DNA of 26,591 nt, taken from IMG/VR virus record IMGVR_UViG_3300025103_000132, positions 1 to 26,591 of that record. One strand, written 5' to 3'. Position numbers and translations under genes: made by a program. Positions 8,736 through 18,580 of this stretch are shown piece by piece. The notes under the pieces were generated by a model. The model was not told the DNA's origin, searched no databases, and saw only the letters and a list, made by a program, of their open reading frames with translations. Within the stretch, counting starts at the first letter, position 1; each line of letters opens with the position of its first letter. The DNA comes from a virus (Duplodnaviria > Caudoviricetes).

Positions 8736-8912
8736 CTACAAATGATTGGAAAGTACAGCCATAAATATTGCAAACATACCGCCTACAATAATTTTTTCTA
8801 TTCTATTTATACGTGCTTCCATCTTATCCATCTTTTCAAAGGTCTGTTTTTGCATTAGCTTACAAATTTTTTCGTGGTGATCTATTCTAGCTGCTGCAGA
8901 TTGTTTAGCCAC
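8736..8912 (-). CDS. Small membrane protein, XhlA/holin-like (58 aa)
   Basis: GTG start after GAGGAG: MAKQSAAARIDHHEKICKLMQKQTFEKMDKMEARINRIEKIIVGGMFAIFMAVLSNHL*. Coiled coil plus one C-terminal hydrophobic helix. Below the ORF-track cutoff. Confidence 0.75.
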   Translation of the reverse strand: MAKQSAAARIDHHEKICKLMQKQTFEKMDKMEARINRIEKIIVGGMFAIFMAVLSNHL

Positions 8913-11900
8913 GTTTAACTCCTCTTTGTGCTATTGCAGCTCCTGTCGGATCATTGGGAAACAAAGCTTGGAACTGTTGTGGATTTACTTGTCCGGTAGC
9001 CGGTGGTACTGGTGCTACAGGCGCTTGAGCTGTAGGATCTTCTAGTTGTAAGTCAGCCATAACCATTGTTTTTTCTTCTGCTTCAACTGGCGCTTCTTCA
9101 GTATCAACCATAGCTTCGTTCTGTGTAGCAGTAGATAACATTTCAACAGCATTAGTATCTGTTTGTAAGTTACCTGAGGTACCTGAAAAATCTTGTGCAA
9201 ACATTATTTCAAAATTATTTTTAGGAATAGTGTTTTCATCATAAATAGGTGCTGGAACTTTCGCATCCAACTGTCCCATTCTTTCAGTAATTTCTTCTGG
9301 TGTCACCGTTTTAGGATCTACTCTTGGAACATCTGCATCACTTTCATTTAAATAATTAACAAGTCTTGCAAATGCTTCTCTTTTTTGTGTTAGACCAAGT
9401 CTACCAACAACACCTGGCGATCTTAAAACATTAGCTGCTGTTTGTATATCTCTACCTTTAAAGTATCGTCTTCCTATACCTAAAACTCCTGGTACACCAT
9501 TACCTACTTTTTTACCCATTAATAGTCTAATTTGTTCATCAGGGTTAAGTGCATCATTGAAAGCTCGCATAGCTATTGGATCTGTAAGTATTTGACCTGC
9601 GCGTCTTCCAAGTAATATAAATAGTGCTGGTGCAAATGGGTTGACAGCTGCAGAACCTCCAAGAACTAAAGCTCCTGTAAATGAATTAAGTCCACCTAAT
9701 TGTAATCTTCTTTGCATAAAAGTAGAAGTATCAGCTATAGGGGTATCGGATATTGCTTTCATATAAGTTAAAAATTTTTCAAATTCTTTTGATTGTGCTT
9801 TACCACCTAAAATAGCTGTCATTTTATCTTGCCCTACATCATCAACAATATCACTTAAACCTAAATTTCTCATAAATTTATTTATGTTAAACATAGAAGT
9901 ATCTTTTGGGCTAAATCTAATTTTAGTTGCATCAAATATATTAGTTCCAGCTTTTACTTTATCTAAACTAAAATCTACAACATCACCTTTTTGAACCATA
10001 GATTCCATAACATCAACAGTTCCATTAATACCTGCTCTAACACTAGCCTCATTAGTAATTTCATCAATCATCGATCTACCTGGACGAGATGCTGCTGAAT
10101 CAAAACTTTTTATAAATGAGTTAAACATCCATCTTGCTTTTGCTGCATCATATAATGCTTCTCCACCACCTTTAGTAACACCTATTGCTCGTCCCGTTTT
10201 TTGTGATACTATTTTTTGAGCACCTAATAATTGCCTAAATTGCGTTATTCCTTCTGGAGTGCCGCTTGTAAATACATCGTTTGCTAAATCATTAAAAAAT
10301 TTTTGAGATTTTTTCTTTTGCATTGAACCAATTCCAGCCAAAGCTTTGTTAGTAAACGTAGTTGCACTATAATCTCTAAATATTTTGGTAGCGTTGGCAT
10401 TTTGATAAAAGTTCATTAATGTAGAGAAGGTGTCGTTTGCACTGTATAATTTATCTCTCAAACCTTCTGATGCTTTTATTTTTAATGCCATGTCTGCTTC
10501 TGCTGCAGCAGGATTTGTTTTCTTTAATGTTTCATAAGCAGCTTTTACTGTGTCATCTTTTAAAAATGTTTCTTTTGTTATAGCTCCACCAAATGAATTT
10601 AGATCATTTTCAAGAGCTTCTCTTATAGACCATAAAGTAGGTCTTATATTGTCATAAGTTGTGGTAGAAATAGCTCTGTTTAATGTTTCCATCATTCCTT
10701 TGTATTGTTTAGGAGTAACAAAATCATCAATACCGTTCATGTATCTAAAAAATAAAGCTAATGGATCTCCTGTACCCTGTAATTTAGCAATTTCTTTCAT
10801 GTCTATGTCACCTAAGGCATCCTGTGCATAAGATTTTAAACCGGGATATTTCATAGAAAGTTCATCTACATAATTTCTAGCCATAAATTTTACATGACCC
10901 GTAGGAATAACTTTAGGATTACCAATTGTATCCGCTAAAGTATCAAAAGCTTTGTAACTGGAATTAATTAAATTAGAATTTTGTTTAAAAGCTGCGTCTG
11001 CTTGTTTCCAAACAGTAGCTGATAACATTCCTGTTTTAATAAGTGGACCGTATTTAAGAACATCATTATTTAAATAATTTTTACCTGCTGCTTGTTCTGC
11101 TCCTTGTAAAGCTTCTTTACCAATACCATTAATAAAAGGCATGATACCAAGTACCTTAAAATACTTAGCAGCAAAACCACCAAGTAGACCTGTACCTTCT
11201 TGTGCAGTCATTACCATAGGTAGTGGCAATCCTTTATCTCTAGCAATGTTGACTAATTCTTTTGCATCTTTTGATTTTGCACCAATCATTAATCTACCAA
11301 CTTTACCTAAACCTTTTGTAATAACCGGTGTCAGTGTTGCAGCACCAGCGTTCCATGCTAAAGCTGTAAACATAGAATCTGCTGCGTTAGCCATCATATC
11401 TGTATTAACTTCTTTTGGACTCATGTTTTCCATGTCAGAAGCTATTGCATCCATTGCAGCAACCCCAACAGTTTCATTCAACATGTCGTAAGTAACTGAA
11501 CCAGCACCTGCTCCCGCAGTACCACCCAATACAGACATAACTTCTGCTTTTCCAAGAGGACTAGCTAAAACTCTGCCGATCGTTGGATCTGCTACTTTTG
11601 CAAGTAATTTTGTAAGACCACCTAATAATTTAAATCGTCCTGGTAGTCTTGCAGTTAGTTTATCTGAAAAATTACTAAACATTTTAGTTCTAGCAAATAA
11701 ACCTGTATTTTTATCTCCAGGTACTTTTGATTTAGCTGCACTAAATATTTTCTTTCTCATCATAACATAAGGTGTAATTGATCCTATTAGATCACCTGCA
11801 AGGACTGCTTCAGATCTACCATCTAATGAGCTTCCTTGTTGTTGTAGTTTTACACCAATAGGATTTTTAACTGCAGCATCAATAGTTGCTACATCTTTTG

Positions 11901-12060
11901 CTGCACCAGCTCTTTCGGATTGTAATTCATTCATTGAAGGACCTGTGATTAGTCCTCTTCTAATAGCTTCGTCTACTGCTTTTTTTTGTCTAGCATTTAA
12001 TTTACTTGGATCAAAAGTATTATTGTTAATTTGATCTTGAATATCTTTCAAGGAAGCCAT
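8905..12060 (-). CDS. Large putative internal virion/DNA ejection protein
   Basis: 1051 aa, helical Ala/Gly-rich segments (GGTAGAGAGS), last large gene of the virion module. No catalytic motif recognised. Confidence 0.65.
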   Translation of the reverse strand: MASLKDIQDQINNNTFDPSKLNARQKKAVDEAIRRGLITGPSMNELQSERAGAAKDVATIDAAVKNPIGVKLQQQGSSLDGRSEAVLAGDLIGSITPYVMMRKKIFSAAKSKVPGDKNTGLFARTKMFSNFSDKLTARLPGRFKLLGGLTKLLAKVADPTIGRVLASPLGKAEVMSVLGGTAGAGAGSVTYDMLNETVGVAAMDAIASDMENMSPKEVNTDMMANAADSMFTALAWNAGAATLTPVITKGLGKVGRLMIGAKSKDAKELVNIARDKGLPLPMVMTAQEGTGLLGGFAAKYFKVLGIMPFINGIGKEALQGAEQAAGKNYLNNDVLKYGPLIKTGMLSATVWKQADAAFKQNSNLINSSYKAFDTLADTIGNPKVIPTGHVKFMARNYVDELSMKYPGLKSYAQDALGDIDMKEIAKLQGTGDPLALFFRYMNGIDDFVTPKQYKGMMETLNRAISTTTYDNIRPTLWSIREALENDLNSFGGAITKETFLKDDTVKAAYETLKKTNPAAAEADMALKIKASEGLRDKLYSANDTFSTLMNFYQNANATKIFRDYSATTFTNKALAGIGSMQKKKSQKFFNDLANDVFTSGTPEGITQFRQLLGAQKIVSQKTGRAIGVTKGGGEALYDAAKARWMFNSFIKSFDSAASRPGRSMIDEITNEASVRAGINGTVDVMESMVQKGDVVDFSLDKVKAGTNIFDATKIRFSPKDTSMFNINKFMRNLGLSDIVDDVGQDKMTAILGGKAQSKEFEKFLTYMKAISDTPIADTSTFMQRRLQLGGLNSFTGALVLGGSAAVNPFAPALFILLGRRAGQILTDPIAMRAFNDALNPDEQIRLLMGKKVGNGVPGVLGIGRRYFKGRDIQTAANVLRSPGVVGRLGLTQKREAFARLVNYLNESDADVPRVDPKTVTPEEITERMGQLDAKVPAPIYDENTIPKNNFEIMFAQDFSGTSGNLQTDTNAVEMLSTATQNEAMVDTEEAPVEAEEKTMVMADLQLEDPTAQAPVAPVPPATGQVNPQQFQALFPNDPTGAAIAQRGVKRG

Positions 12061-14267
12061 TAGTTTATCCCTTCAATAATATTTTCTATCTCTTCTAAAC
12101 TTAAATCCCCTACCAATTGAGAAGCAACACCACCTTCACCTTCAAACACTTCAAAGTTTTTTAATCTTCTTAAATCTTTAAGTGTGCTTTCTAATCCACC
12201 AGCAACTGTATATAAACTTTCTTGTCTTCTAATATCTGATTCAAGTTGTCTTCCGATAGCTTCGATAGAAGCTCTTACGTCTTTAGAAGATCTCCCTAAT
12301 GAGAATATGTTTACAATTTCTTTAGCAGCATTAACGTCTCTTTGTGTTAATCTATCTTGATCTTTAAATGTATTTGCAAGTGCATAAGTTAATGTAACTT
12401 CTTGCACAGCAAGTTTTTCTTGTTCTTCTCTAGATAACCCAGATAACATTCCTCTACCTTTTAATCTAGCTTTAGCTTGTTTAATTAAATTTTTACTATC
12501 TAAATTTTTCTTAGCTGCTTCTTTACCTTCATCACTTAAATCAGGATCTCTATCTATTGCAGCATATTCGTCTGCTTGAAGTTCTGCTACTTTTGCTTCT
12601 AATGCATCTAATGACATTCCTGATACTTCAAAACCTAAAACTTCTTTTGCAACCCCACTTAATCTTCTAGTAAATTGATCAATAGATAATGCAGCACCAG
12701 CTTTTACAGTTTCACCAGACTCATCCATTTGATTTAATGTTTTTAATACATCTCTTGTTACAGATAGCGCATTGTATCTATTTCCAAGTACGTCTTGAAT
12801 ATCAAATAATCTTTTATCTACATTCTTTTGTGGTAAGAAATTTTCGTATTGACCAATAATTTGACCATTACTATCAGCAATTGGGCCTCCTTGATTTACT
12901 GGTACAAAAGTTTCTCTACCATCTTCACCAATACCTGCTGCAATCTGTTTAGTTCCATCTTTTAGAGAGTACCCTTTGTAATTTCTCAATCTACCATCAG
13001 CTCCTCTAATTTGAATTATTCCTCCGTCCCTTTCAGGTCTTTCAACTTCAGCATTTGCATTATCATTTACAAATTTCATATGATCTAATGCTGCATTTAA
13101 TGATGCTTCTCTGTTACTAGCTCTAAGCTCACCTTCTTTTAATTTTATTGTTGCGTAATTATTAACCGCAGGCCCTATTGCCTGACCAAACACTTCCATA
13201 GCTCCAGCAATACCAGATCTTCTTGTAGTACCTGTTAATAATCCTGATGCAAGATTAGCTAAAAAGACTAAGCCTGCTTGTGAACCTTCGTTTTTAAAAA
13301 CCTCTTCTTGATATTTTTTGGCAAGTGCTATTGTTTTATTAAACTCTACATCATCAGATGGTCCACCTAAAGTAATTTCATTGTTACCTTGAGCTGTGCT
13401 TTCAGATTTCTGTGCCTTCTTTTCTGGAGCAGTTAATAGTTCTTCCGCTTTTCTTCTTTCTTTATCTTCTTCTAAAGTGCTTGTGTAATTAGTAATACCA
13501 TCTTCATTTCCAGGAGGTGTTCCACCACCTAGTGAATTTTCTTGCACTGAATCTAAATTAGCTATGTCGTCTGAATTAGCTACGTTGTCCTGTAGCAATG
13601 GGTCGCCTTCAGCTTTTAATTCTTTTGATTGATTAAAACTTGGTCTTCCAGAACCAGGTTTACCTTTAATAATTTTTCTATCTTCTGCAACTTTTTCTTC
13701 AATTGGTTTTGGTTTAAATTTTCCAAACAAGTCTGCATCTGATACACCCTCTCCCATGTAACTAAATGCTTTGTTTCTATTTTCTATTTCGAAAGCTTTT
13801 CTTTCTTCAGGAGACATTGCATTTATTTTTTTTCTTAATTCTACACCTGCATCAACTCTATTTTTAAGACCTGCAATTCCTGCTAAACCAATTGTACTTG
13901 GAAGAAAACCTATTCCTGCTAAAGCAGGTAATGCTCTTGTAGCAGCGTAACCACCACCTAAACCAAACGCTGTTCTTCCAACAGGATCTTGTATACCTAA
14001 ACCTTCTGCAACTTTATCACCTGCATAATAACCAAGTACTCCAGGAATTTGAACTCCTCCCTTCACTAAGTTTTTTGCACCTCTTACTGGTCCACTTACA
14101 GACATTCTTTCCATAAATGTAGGTGGCTTTCTTAAAGCAGGGACTGGTGCTCCGGTGTACGGTTGCCCAACCATAATACCTGTGTTTGCATTAATAGTTT
14201 TAAGCACACCTTTTCTAAGTGCCTCTTTCCTAAACATGGGTCTGTTTAAAACTTTGTTAATCGACAT
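12060..14267 (-). CDS. Putative internal virion/DNA ejection protein
   Basis: About 735 aa; AGGAG 5 nt upstream of the ATG at 14267; Gly-rich hydrophobic N-terminal segment then coiled coils; stop overlaps the next start. Confidence 0.62.
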   Translation of the reverse strand: MSINKVLNRPMFRKEALRKGVLKTINANTGIMVGQPYTGAPVPALRKPPTFMERMSVSGPVRGAKNLVKGGVQIPGVLGYYAGDKVAEGLGIQDPVGRTAFGLGGGYAATRALPALAGIGFLPSTIGLAGIAGLKNRVDAGVELRKKINAMSPEERKAFEIENRNKAFSYMGEGVSDADLFGKFKPKPIEEKVAEDRKIIKGKPGSGRPSFNQSKELKAEGDPLLQDNVANSDDIANLDSVQENSLGGGTPPGNEDGITNYTSTLEEDKERRKAEELLTAPEKKAQKSESTAQGNNEITLGGPSDDVEFNKTIALAKKYQEEVFKNEGSQAGLVFLANLASGLLTGTTRRSGIAGAMEVFGQAIGPAVNNYATIKLKEGELRASNREASLNAALDHMKFVNDNANAEVERPERDGGIIQIRGADGRLRNYKGYSLKDGTKQIAAGIGEDGRETFVPVNQGGPIADSNGQIIGQYENFLPQKNVDKRLFDIQDVLGNRYNALSVTRDVLKTLNQMDESGETVKAGAALSIDQFTRRLSGVAKEVLGFEVSGMSLDALEAKVAELQADEYAAIDRDPDLSDEGKEAAKKNLDSKNLIKQAKARLKGRGMLSGLSREEQEKLAVQEVTLTYALANTFKDQDRLTQRDVNAAKEIVNIFSLGRSSKDVRASIEAIGRQLESDIRRQESLYTVAGGLESTLKDLRRLKNFEVFEGEGGVASQLVGDLSLEEIENIIEGIN

Positions 14268-14275
14268 CAAAGCTC

Positions 14276-15124
14276 CTATGCCTGTTTATTTTGGTTATAG
14301 CCTTGGAAAGCTGAGAATGCTCCTATACCAGTACCAACAGCTTGTGCTAATGGACTAGTTGATGGTGCTGTTCCCATTGTAATACCTGATTGTGATTTAG
14401 GACCTTGTGCATACAAGTTAGCTAAGAATTCAGCTCTTTGATATGGTTCGTATTGTTGTTGTAATGTAGATTGTCTTTGTGCATCAAGTGCTGATTGAGC
14501 AAGTTGTCTTTGAAGACCACCTGCAGCCATCAACTGATTTATATCTGACTGAGCCATTTGTTGTTGGCCTAATCCTAATTGACCTAAAAGTTGACCACCT
14601 TGCAAACCAACTCTTTGTTGGTTTTGTGCTGCTGATAATGCTGTATTAAAACCTTGTTGTTGTGCTGTACCCATAGCAGTCAAAGCTCTACCTTGAAGTT
14701 CTGCTTGTTGAACACCTTCTCTTCCACCACCAAAAGCTCCCGCTCCGATAGCTTTAGATCCAAGTTGATTCCCCATTATTTGTGCTTGTCTACCAATTTC
14801 GTCTGTTACATAACTTTGATATGGATTTAAATATTGATTTATTTGCGCTGCACCAATTGGAGCAGACGCTGCTTGTACTGAATTAATTCCTGCTTGTACT
14901 GTTGGAGCACCTATTCCAGATTGAATATTATTAATACCCTGTTGTTCTAAAGCACCTAAGCCTGCTACTTGGTAATCAGGTAAATCAATAGGTTTTTGTG
15001 CGACTTGTCTCGCAATGTCCATCAACTCTATTTTTCGTTCTTCTATACCTGGTGCTTCTCTAACGTAATTAGTAGTTGTTGATGGTGGAGCTGATCCACC
15101 TCCGCCTCCTCCGAAAAAACTCAT
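14276..15124 (-). CDS. Putative DNA transfer/pilot (ejection) protein
   Basis: Gln/Ala/Gly-rich, N-terminal FFGGGGGG, YLNPYQ..V and GAFGGGR motifs, hydrophobic Gly-rich C-terminus; follows the GNAT-like gene as in P22/T7-like ejection cassettes. Confidence 0.62.
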   Translation of the reverse strand: MSFFGGGGGGSAPPSTTTNYVREAPGIEERKIELMDIARQVAQKPIDLPDYQVAGLGALEQQGINNIQSGIGAPTVQAGINSVQAASAPIGAAQINQYLNPYQSYVTDEIGRQAQIMGNQLGSKAIGAGAFGGGREGVQQAELQGRALTAMGTAQQQGFNTALSAAQNQQRVGLQGGQLLGQLGLGQQQMAQSDINQLMAAGGLQRQLAQSALDAQRQSTLQQQYEPYQRAEFLANLYAQGPKSQSGITMGTAPSTSPLAQAVGTGIGAFSAFQGYNQNKQA

Positions 15125-15128
15125 ATTC

Positions 15129-15593
15129 TTATCCTATCCATTTTTCTAGTTGTACATGTTTTTTTTGCCATCCCCATTTCTTGGAAACTTTCTCCCATCC
15201 AGGTCTGGCCATTATGCTCATTCTTTTACATTTATTTGCTTTTGCAAATTCTGTAACTGAATTAATTAAATTGTCTTCCCATAATTCTCTTCTCTTTCCC
15301 GTGCATATTACAATCTCGTATTGATTGTAATTAGGCATTACACCAATTCTACCAACACAAATACCAAATACTTTATTCTCTTCAGATTCATCAGAACCAA
15401 ACATAATCCAACATTGCATCATATCTTTTTTTAGTTCGTTCATAACCCAAGAAGAGTCTGCATACTTGCCAGAGAAAGCTAATGCTTCCGCTACCATAAA
15501 TTCTGCTAAGGGCCAAAATCTTTCAATGTCCTTAGGCTCTAGTGGTAAAATACTTACTAGAGGTTTAATTTGTTTTTTGTTTGCTGTCGCCAT
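15129..15593 (-). CDS. GNAT-fold-like virion assembly protein (P22 gp14/T7 gp13 positional analogue)
   Basis: FAKANKCKRMSIMARPGWEKV resembles the degenerate acetyltransferase C-terminus seen in podovirus ejection cassettes; AAGGA SD. Confidence 0.6.
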   Translation of the reverse strand: MATANKKQIKPLVSILPLEPKDIERFWPLAEFMVAEALAFSGKYADSSWVMNELKKDMMQCWIMFGSDESEENKVFGICVGRIGVMPNYNQYEIVICTGKRRELWEDNLINSVTEFAKANKCKRMSIMARPGWEKVSKKWGWQKKHVQLEKWIG

Positions 15594-16551
15594 TTCTATC
15601 CTTTAATAAATCAAATACACGTTTGTATCTTTTTTGTTGTTCATAGAAATATACAGCACCTTTTTCACGCATGTCTTTCATGCTATTTGGATTAGCTCCA
15701 GCTATGATCCCAGCACCTAATACTCCATCTGCTCTTGTTACAAACTCTCCGTCTGCTAATTGAGCTAACATTGTATCCTCGTCTTTGTCTCCTACGCCTG
15801 CTCCGTCTTCTACATAACCTGATGCTCTAACATAATTGTTTGCATCGTTTTCATCATGAGAAACTTTTGATGGAAGATAGTTAATACCACCTTCATTAAA
15901 TTTTTTAATTTCAGCTAAACCACCTGTTCTTAAACCTTGTTTAACTAACGAGTATGGACCCATTCGTGGATCACCTTTTCCTGCTTCTTCAGGAGAGTAA
16001 ACTTTTTCATAAGCTTTTTCTTCACCTGTAGTTGGATCTATGTAAGTGTACCCAGGTCTATTTTCTTTCATGTCTAAATAATTCATATTGTAACCTGGCA
16101 TATAAATATCTGTAGGTTGTTGATCAAAGGCACCACTTAAATAAGATGCTCCAGCAATTGCAGCTGAAACTTTTCCTGGACTATAATTACCTTCTTTATT
16201 TTTTAAAATATCTAAAAGAGTTCCACCTTGTTGTTGATTATTTAAACCAGCAGCTCGTTCTTGTAGTAATTGATTTGATGGTACTGCTTGTTGAAAAGGT
16301 AAAGCACTTAAAGATGAATATTGATTTGCTAATTGACTATATGGTGTAAAAGCTGATTGTGCTGCTGAAAAACCTGGCACACCAACTGCACTTCCTGCAC
16401 CTAAAACTGTTTTACCACCGTAGTAACCTGCTGTAGCGCCTGTTATACCACCTAGTATCCTTCCAAGTCCTGATGCTCCTGAATCTTTTGCTCCTCTGTA
16501 TCCTTTGTAACCACCGTAAGCGGCCATTGCGTAGGGTAAAAACTGTAGCAT
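15565..16551 (-). CDS. Putative internal virion protein
   Basis: Gly/Ala hydrophobic N-terminus. C-terminal GAGVGDKDEDTMLAQLADGEFV resembles the G.G....D.I.A.LS.GEFV motif of phage tape-measure/ejection proteins. AAGGAG SD. Confidence 0.65.
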   Translation of the reverse strand: MLQFLPYAMAAYGGYKGYRGAKDSGASGLGRILGGITGATAGYYGGKTVLGAGSAVGVPGFSAAQSAFTPYSQLANQYSSLSALPFQQAVPSNQLLQERAAGLNNQQQGGTLLDILKNKEGNYSPGKVSAAIAGASYLSGAFDQQPTDIYMPGYNMNYLDMKENRPGYTYIDPTTGEEKAYEKVYSPEEAGKGDPRMGPYSLVKQGLRTGGLAEIKKFNEGGINYLPSKVSHDENDANNYVRASGYVEDGAGVGDKDEDTMLAQLADGEFVTRADGVLGAGIIAGANPNSMKDMREKGAVYFYEQQKRYKRVFDLLKDRNGDSKQKTN

Positions 16552-16586
16552 TAAATATATTCTCCTTTTAAGATCTTAAGTATGAA

Positions 16587-16615
16587 ATAATACCATTTAA
16601 CTACAATGGTTTCAA
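16587..16615 (-). promoter_or_regulatory. Sigma70-type promoter upstream of the internal-protein genes
   Basis: TTGAAA(16615-16610)-N17-TATTAT(16592-16587) with a TGn extended -10. Confidence 0.65.
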
Positions 16616-17467
16616 CTCATCGGCAAAACAACCTTCGTATTGGTGTTCTCCCACATGTATTATTGGGTCATTGATATAAACATAACATTTCCCCCCAATG
16701 TCCCTCCAAAGCTTACAAAATGAAAAATCCTCACCTAAAAATATCTTTGTTTCACTATCGTGTAATGTATCAAAAAAATTCCACATATGGGGTCTATCTA
16801 TGTACTCACCATTAATAACTGTCTTTTGCACTATTCCTTTGTCAGGATAAGCCTTTATCATTTTATCAAAAACACTTCTTTTAATTAACATACATCCTGT
16901 TGGACTATGGGTTACTTCCATAACTCCGTTATCTAACTTTATATCTTCTGGGTTTTCTACTTTCATTGGATAAGTATTTAAATACCTATGTATATCTTCA
17001 GGGCCCTTAACTTCACCATCGTTCCATTTTTTGTAAAGTTTATCCCACATCATTGTTTTTAAGGGATAGGGAATAGACATTAATTCTTTATCTTTCTTCA
17101 ACATTTTTAATATAGAATCTGCTCTGAAATATATATCCGAATCTACAAATAACATGTGAGTGCATTTAGATTCTAGAAAAGCTGATACACATAAGTTTCT
17201 ACCTTGAGTGACTAAAGAAGATTTTAACAATGTAAATGTAATTTTTATTCTATGTTTTATACATAGTTGTTGTAATTCAAGTAACGCTTGTGTGTAATGC
17301 ATAGCAACATTACTATGACAAGGTGTGCAAATCATAAGAAAAATTTCAGGTTTTGTTTCTTTTTTTCCGGTGTCCCGTTTCCACATAGGAAGACTAGCTT
17401 TCTCGTAAGGTGTTACCTCAACTTCTTTTAAAGTTTGATAAGTGTCTTCATTTATTGTTTCTTTCAT
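16601..17467 (-). CDS. GT-A fold (GT2-like) glycosyltransferase
   Basis: ICTPC, SSLVTQGRN, THMLFVDSDI (DxD), PTGCMLIKRSVF, LGEDFSFC, HVG. Confidence 0.82.
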   Translation of the reverse strand: MKETINEDTYQTLKEVEVTPYEKASLPMWKRDTGKKETKPEIFLMICTPCHSNVAMHYTQALLELQQLCIKHRIKITFTLLKSSLVTQGRNLCVSAFLESKCTHMLFVDSDIYFRADSILKMLKKDKELMSIPYPLKTMMWDKLYKKWNDGEVKGPEDIHRYLNTYPMKVENPEDIKLDNGVMEVTHSPTGCMLIKRSVFDKMIKAYPDKGIVQKTVINGEYIDRPHMWNFFDTLHDSETKIFLGEDFSFCKLWRDIGGKCYVYINDPIIHVGEHQYEGCFADELKPL

Positions 17468-18383
17468 TTAATGCTCCTTTCAAAAAGTTAGTCCACTCCA
17501 TACCTTTTTTGTCCCAACTATAAAATCTTTTGTAAAACTTTTGTTGTTCTTCTAGATGTTCTTGCATGAAATTTTCATGTAGGTAACTAGCTGCTATGTT
17601 AATAGCTCCTGCAGTATCTTGTGCCATTTGTTCATAATTTTTAGAATAATTAATGTATACAGGCCACTCTGCACATGTTTCATACAAAGCTCCAAAGTTA
17701 TTTGTTATTACATGCACACCAGATGCTAAAGCTTCAAGAGCAGAAGCACAAGATGTTTCTTCAAATATACTTGGATATACAAACATATCGTAGTTAGGCA
17801 TCATTTCTTTTATGTACTCATTAGGTTTATAACCTATGTAGTTTACGTTTGGTAATTTCTTAGCTTGTTCATATAACGCTTCAAAATCTTTTTCAGTATT
17901 ATCTGCAAATTCAGAACCATAAACTTTACAAGAACTATAAACATCTAATTCTATATTAGGGTTTTCTACATCTTGCATAGCTCTTAATAATACATTCAAA
18001 CCTCTCCAAGGAGTACAATGATGTATTAATTTAATAGGTGTACCTCTTTTGTATATTTTTCTAATTGGAAAATCTTCTACACCGTTCTTAATAACAACTG
18101 ATCTTTCTGTAGGTATATCAAACACCATTCTAAATTTTTCATAATTCCAATGACTGTTGAATACATACCAGTCATATTCAAAGTGTCTTTCTTTATTAGT
18201 AAAGAATTCTTGAAGGTTAGGTTGATCCCAAGAATTTTTTTGCCAAAGAATATTTAGTTTGTTAGGATCTATTGGGACTTTACCTGGTATAGATGTGCAT
18301 ATTTGTACTTGATCTAGAAGTTCTTTTGAAACATGCTTTTCAAGCATTTCCATTTGCAACTCAGTTGCGCCTCGAGGTTTCAT
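17448..18383 (-). CDS. GT-B fold (GT4-like) glycosyltransferase
   Basis: VFNSHW, VIKNG, PWRGL, YPSIFEETSCASALEALASG (EX7E), GALYET. Confidence 0.88.
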   Translation of the reverse strand: MKPRGATELQMEMLEKHVSKELLDQVQICTSIPGKVPIDPNKLNILWQKNSWDQPNLQEFFTNKERHFEYDWYVFNSHWNYEKFRMVFDIPTERSVVIKNGVEDFPIRKIYKRGTPIKLIHHCTPWRGLNVLLRAMQDVENPNIELDVYSSCKVYGSEFADNTEKDFEALYEQAKKLPNVNYIGYKPNEYIKEMMPNYDMFVYPSIFEETSCASALEALASGVHVITNNFGALYETCAEWPVYINYSKNYEQMAQDTAGAINIAASYLHENFMQEHLEEQQKFYKRFYSWDKKGMEWTNFLKGALNERNNK

Positions 18384-18580
18384 TATTCTTTTGTGGCAGC
18401 ACCCATAGAAACTTTAGTTACTTTGATTTCGAGGTCTTGTCTAAAATCATCCACAGAAGTGTCAGTATTGGGATCAGCAACATCATTATCAAAATCAATT
18501 TTACTAGCATATATTTTACCAGTTCTTTTGTGTTTAATAATTTCTTTTGCTTCAGCTGGTATTTTTATTATATCACTCAT
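18383..18580 (-). CDS. Small hypothetical protein (65 aa)
   Basis: Start and stop overlap both neighbours, in operon orientation. Confidence 0.75.
   Translation of the reverse strand: MSDIIKIPAEAKEIIKHKRTGKIYASKIDFDNDVADPNTDTSVDDFRQDLEIKVTKVSMGAATKE

Noticed and set aside
8724-8760. Leaderless promoter (CTGTAC-N17-TATTAA) and 5-bp hairpin GTAGT/ACTAC upstream of the exonuclease
   Set aside because: Possible, since there is no SD, but the -35 match and the stem are too weak to call.
11141-16349. Plus-strand ORFs 11141..11491, 14155..14358, 15076..15324 and 16146..16349
   Set aside because: Antisense to long, well-supported minus-strand genes; no motifs recognised.
16576-16590. CtrA-like box TTAA-N7-ATAA
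   Set aside because: One mismatch in very AT-rich DNA; expected by chance.
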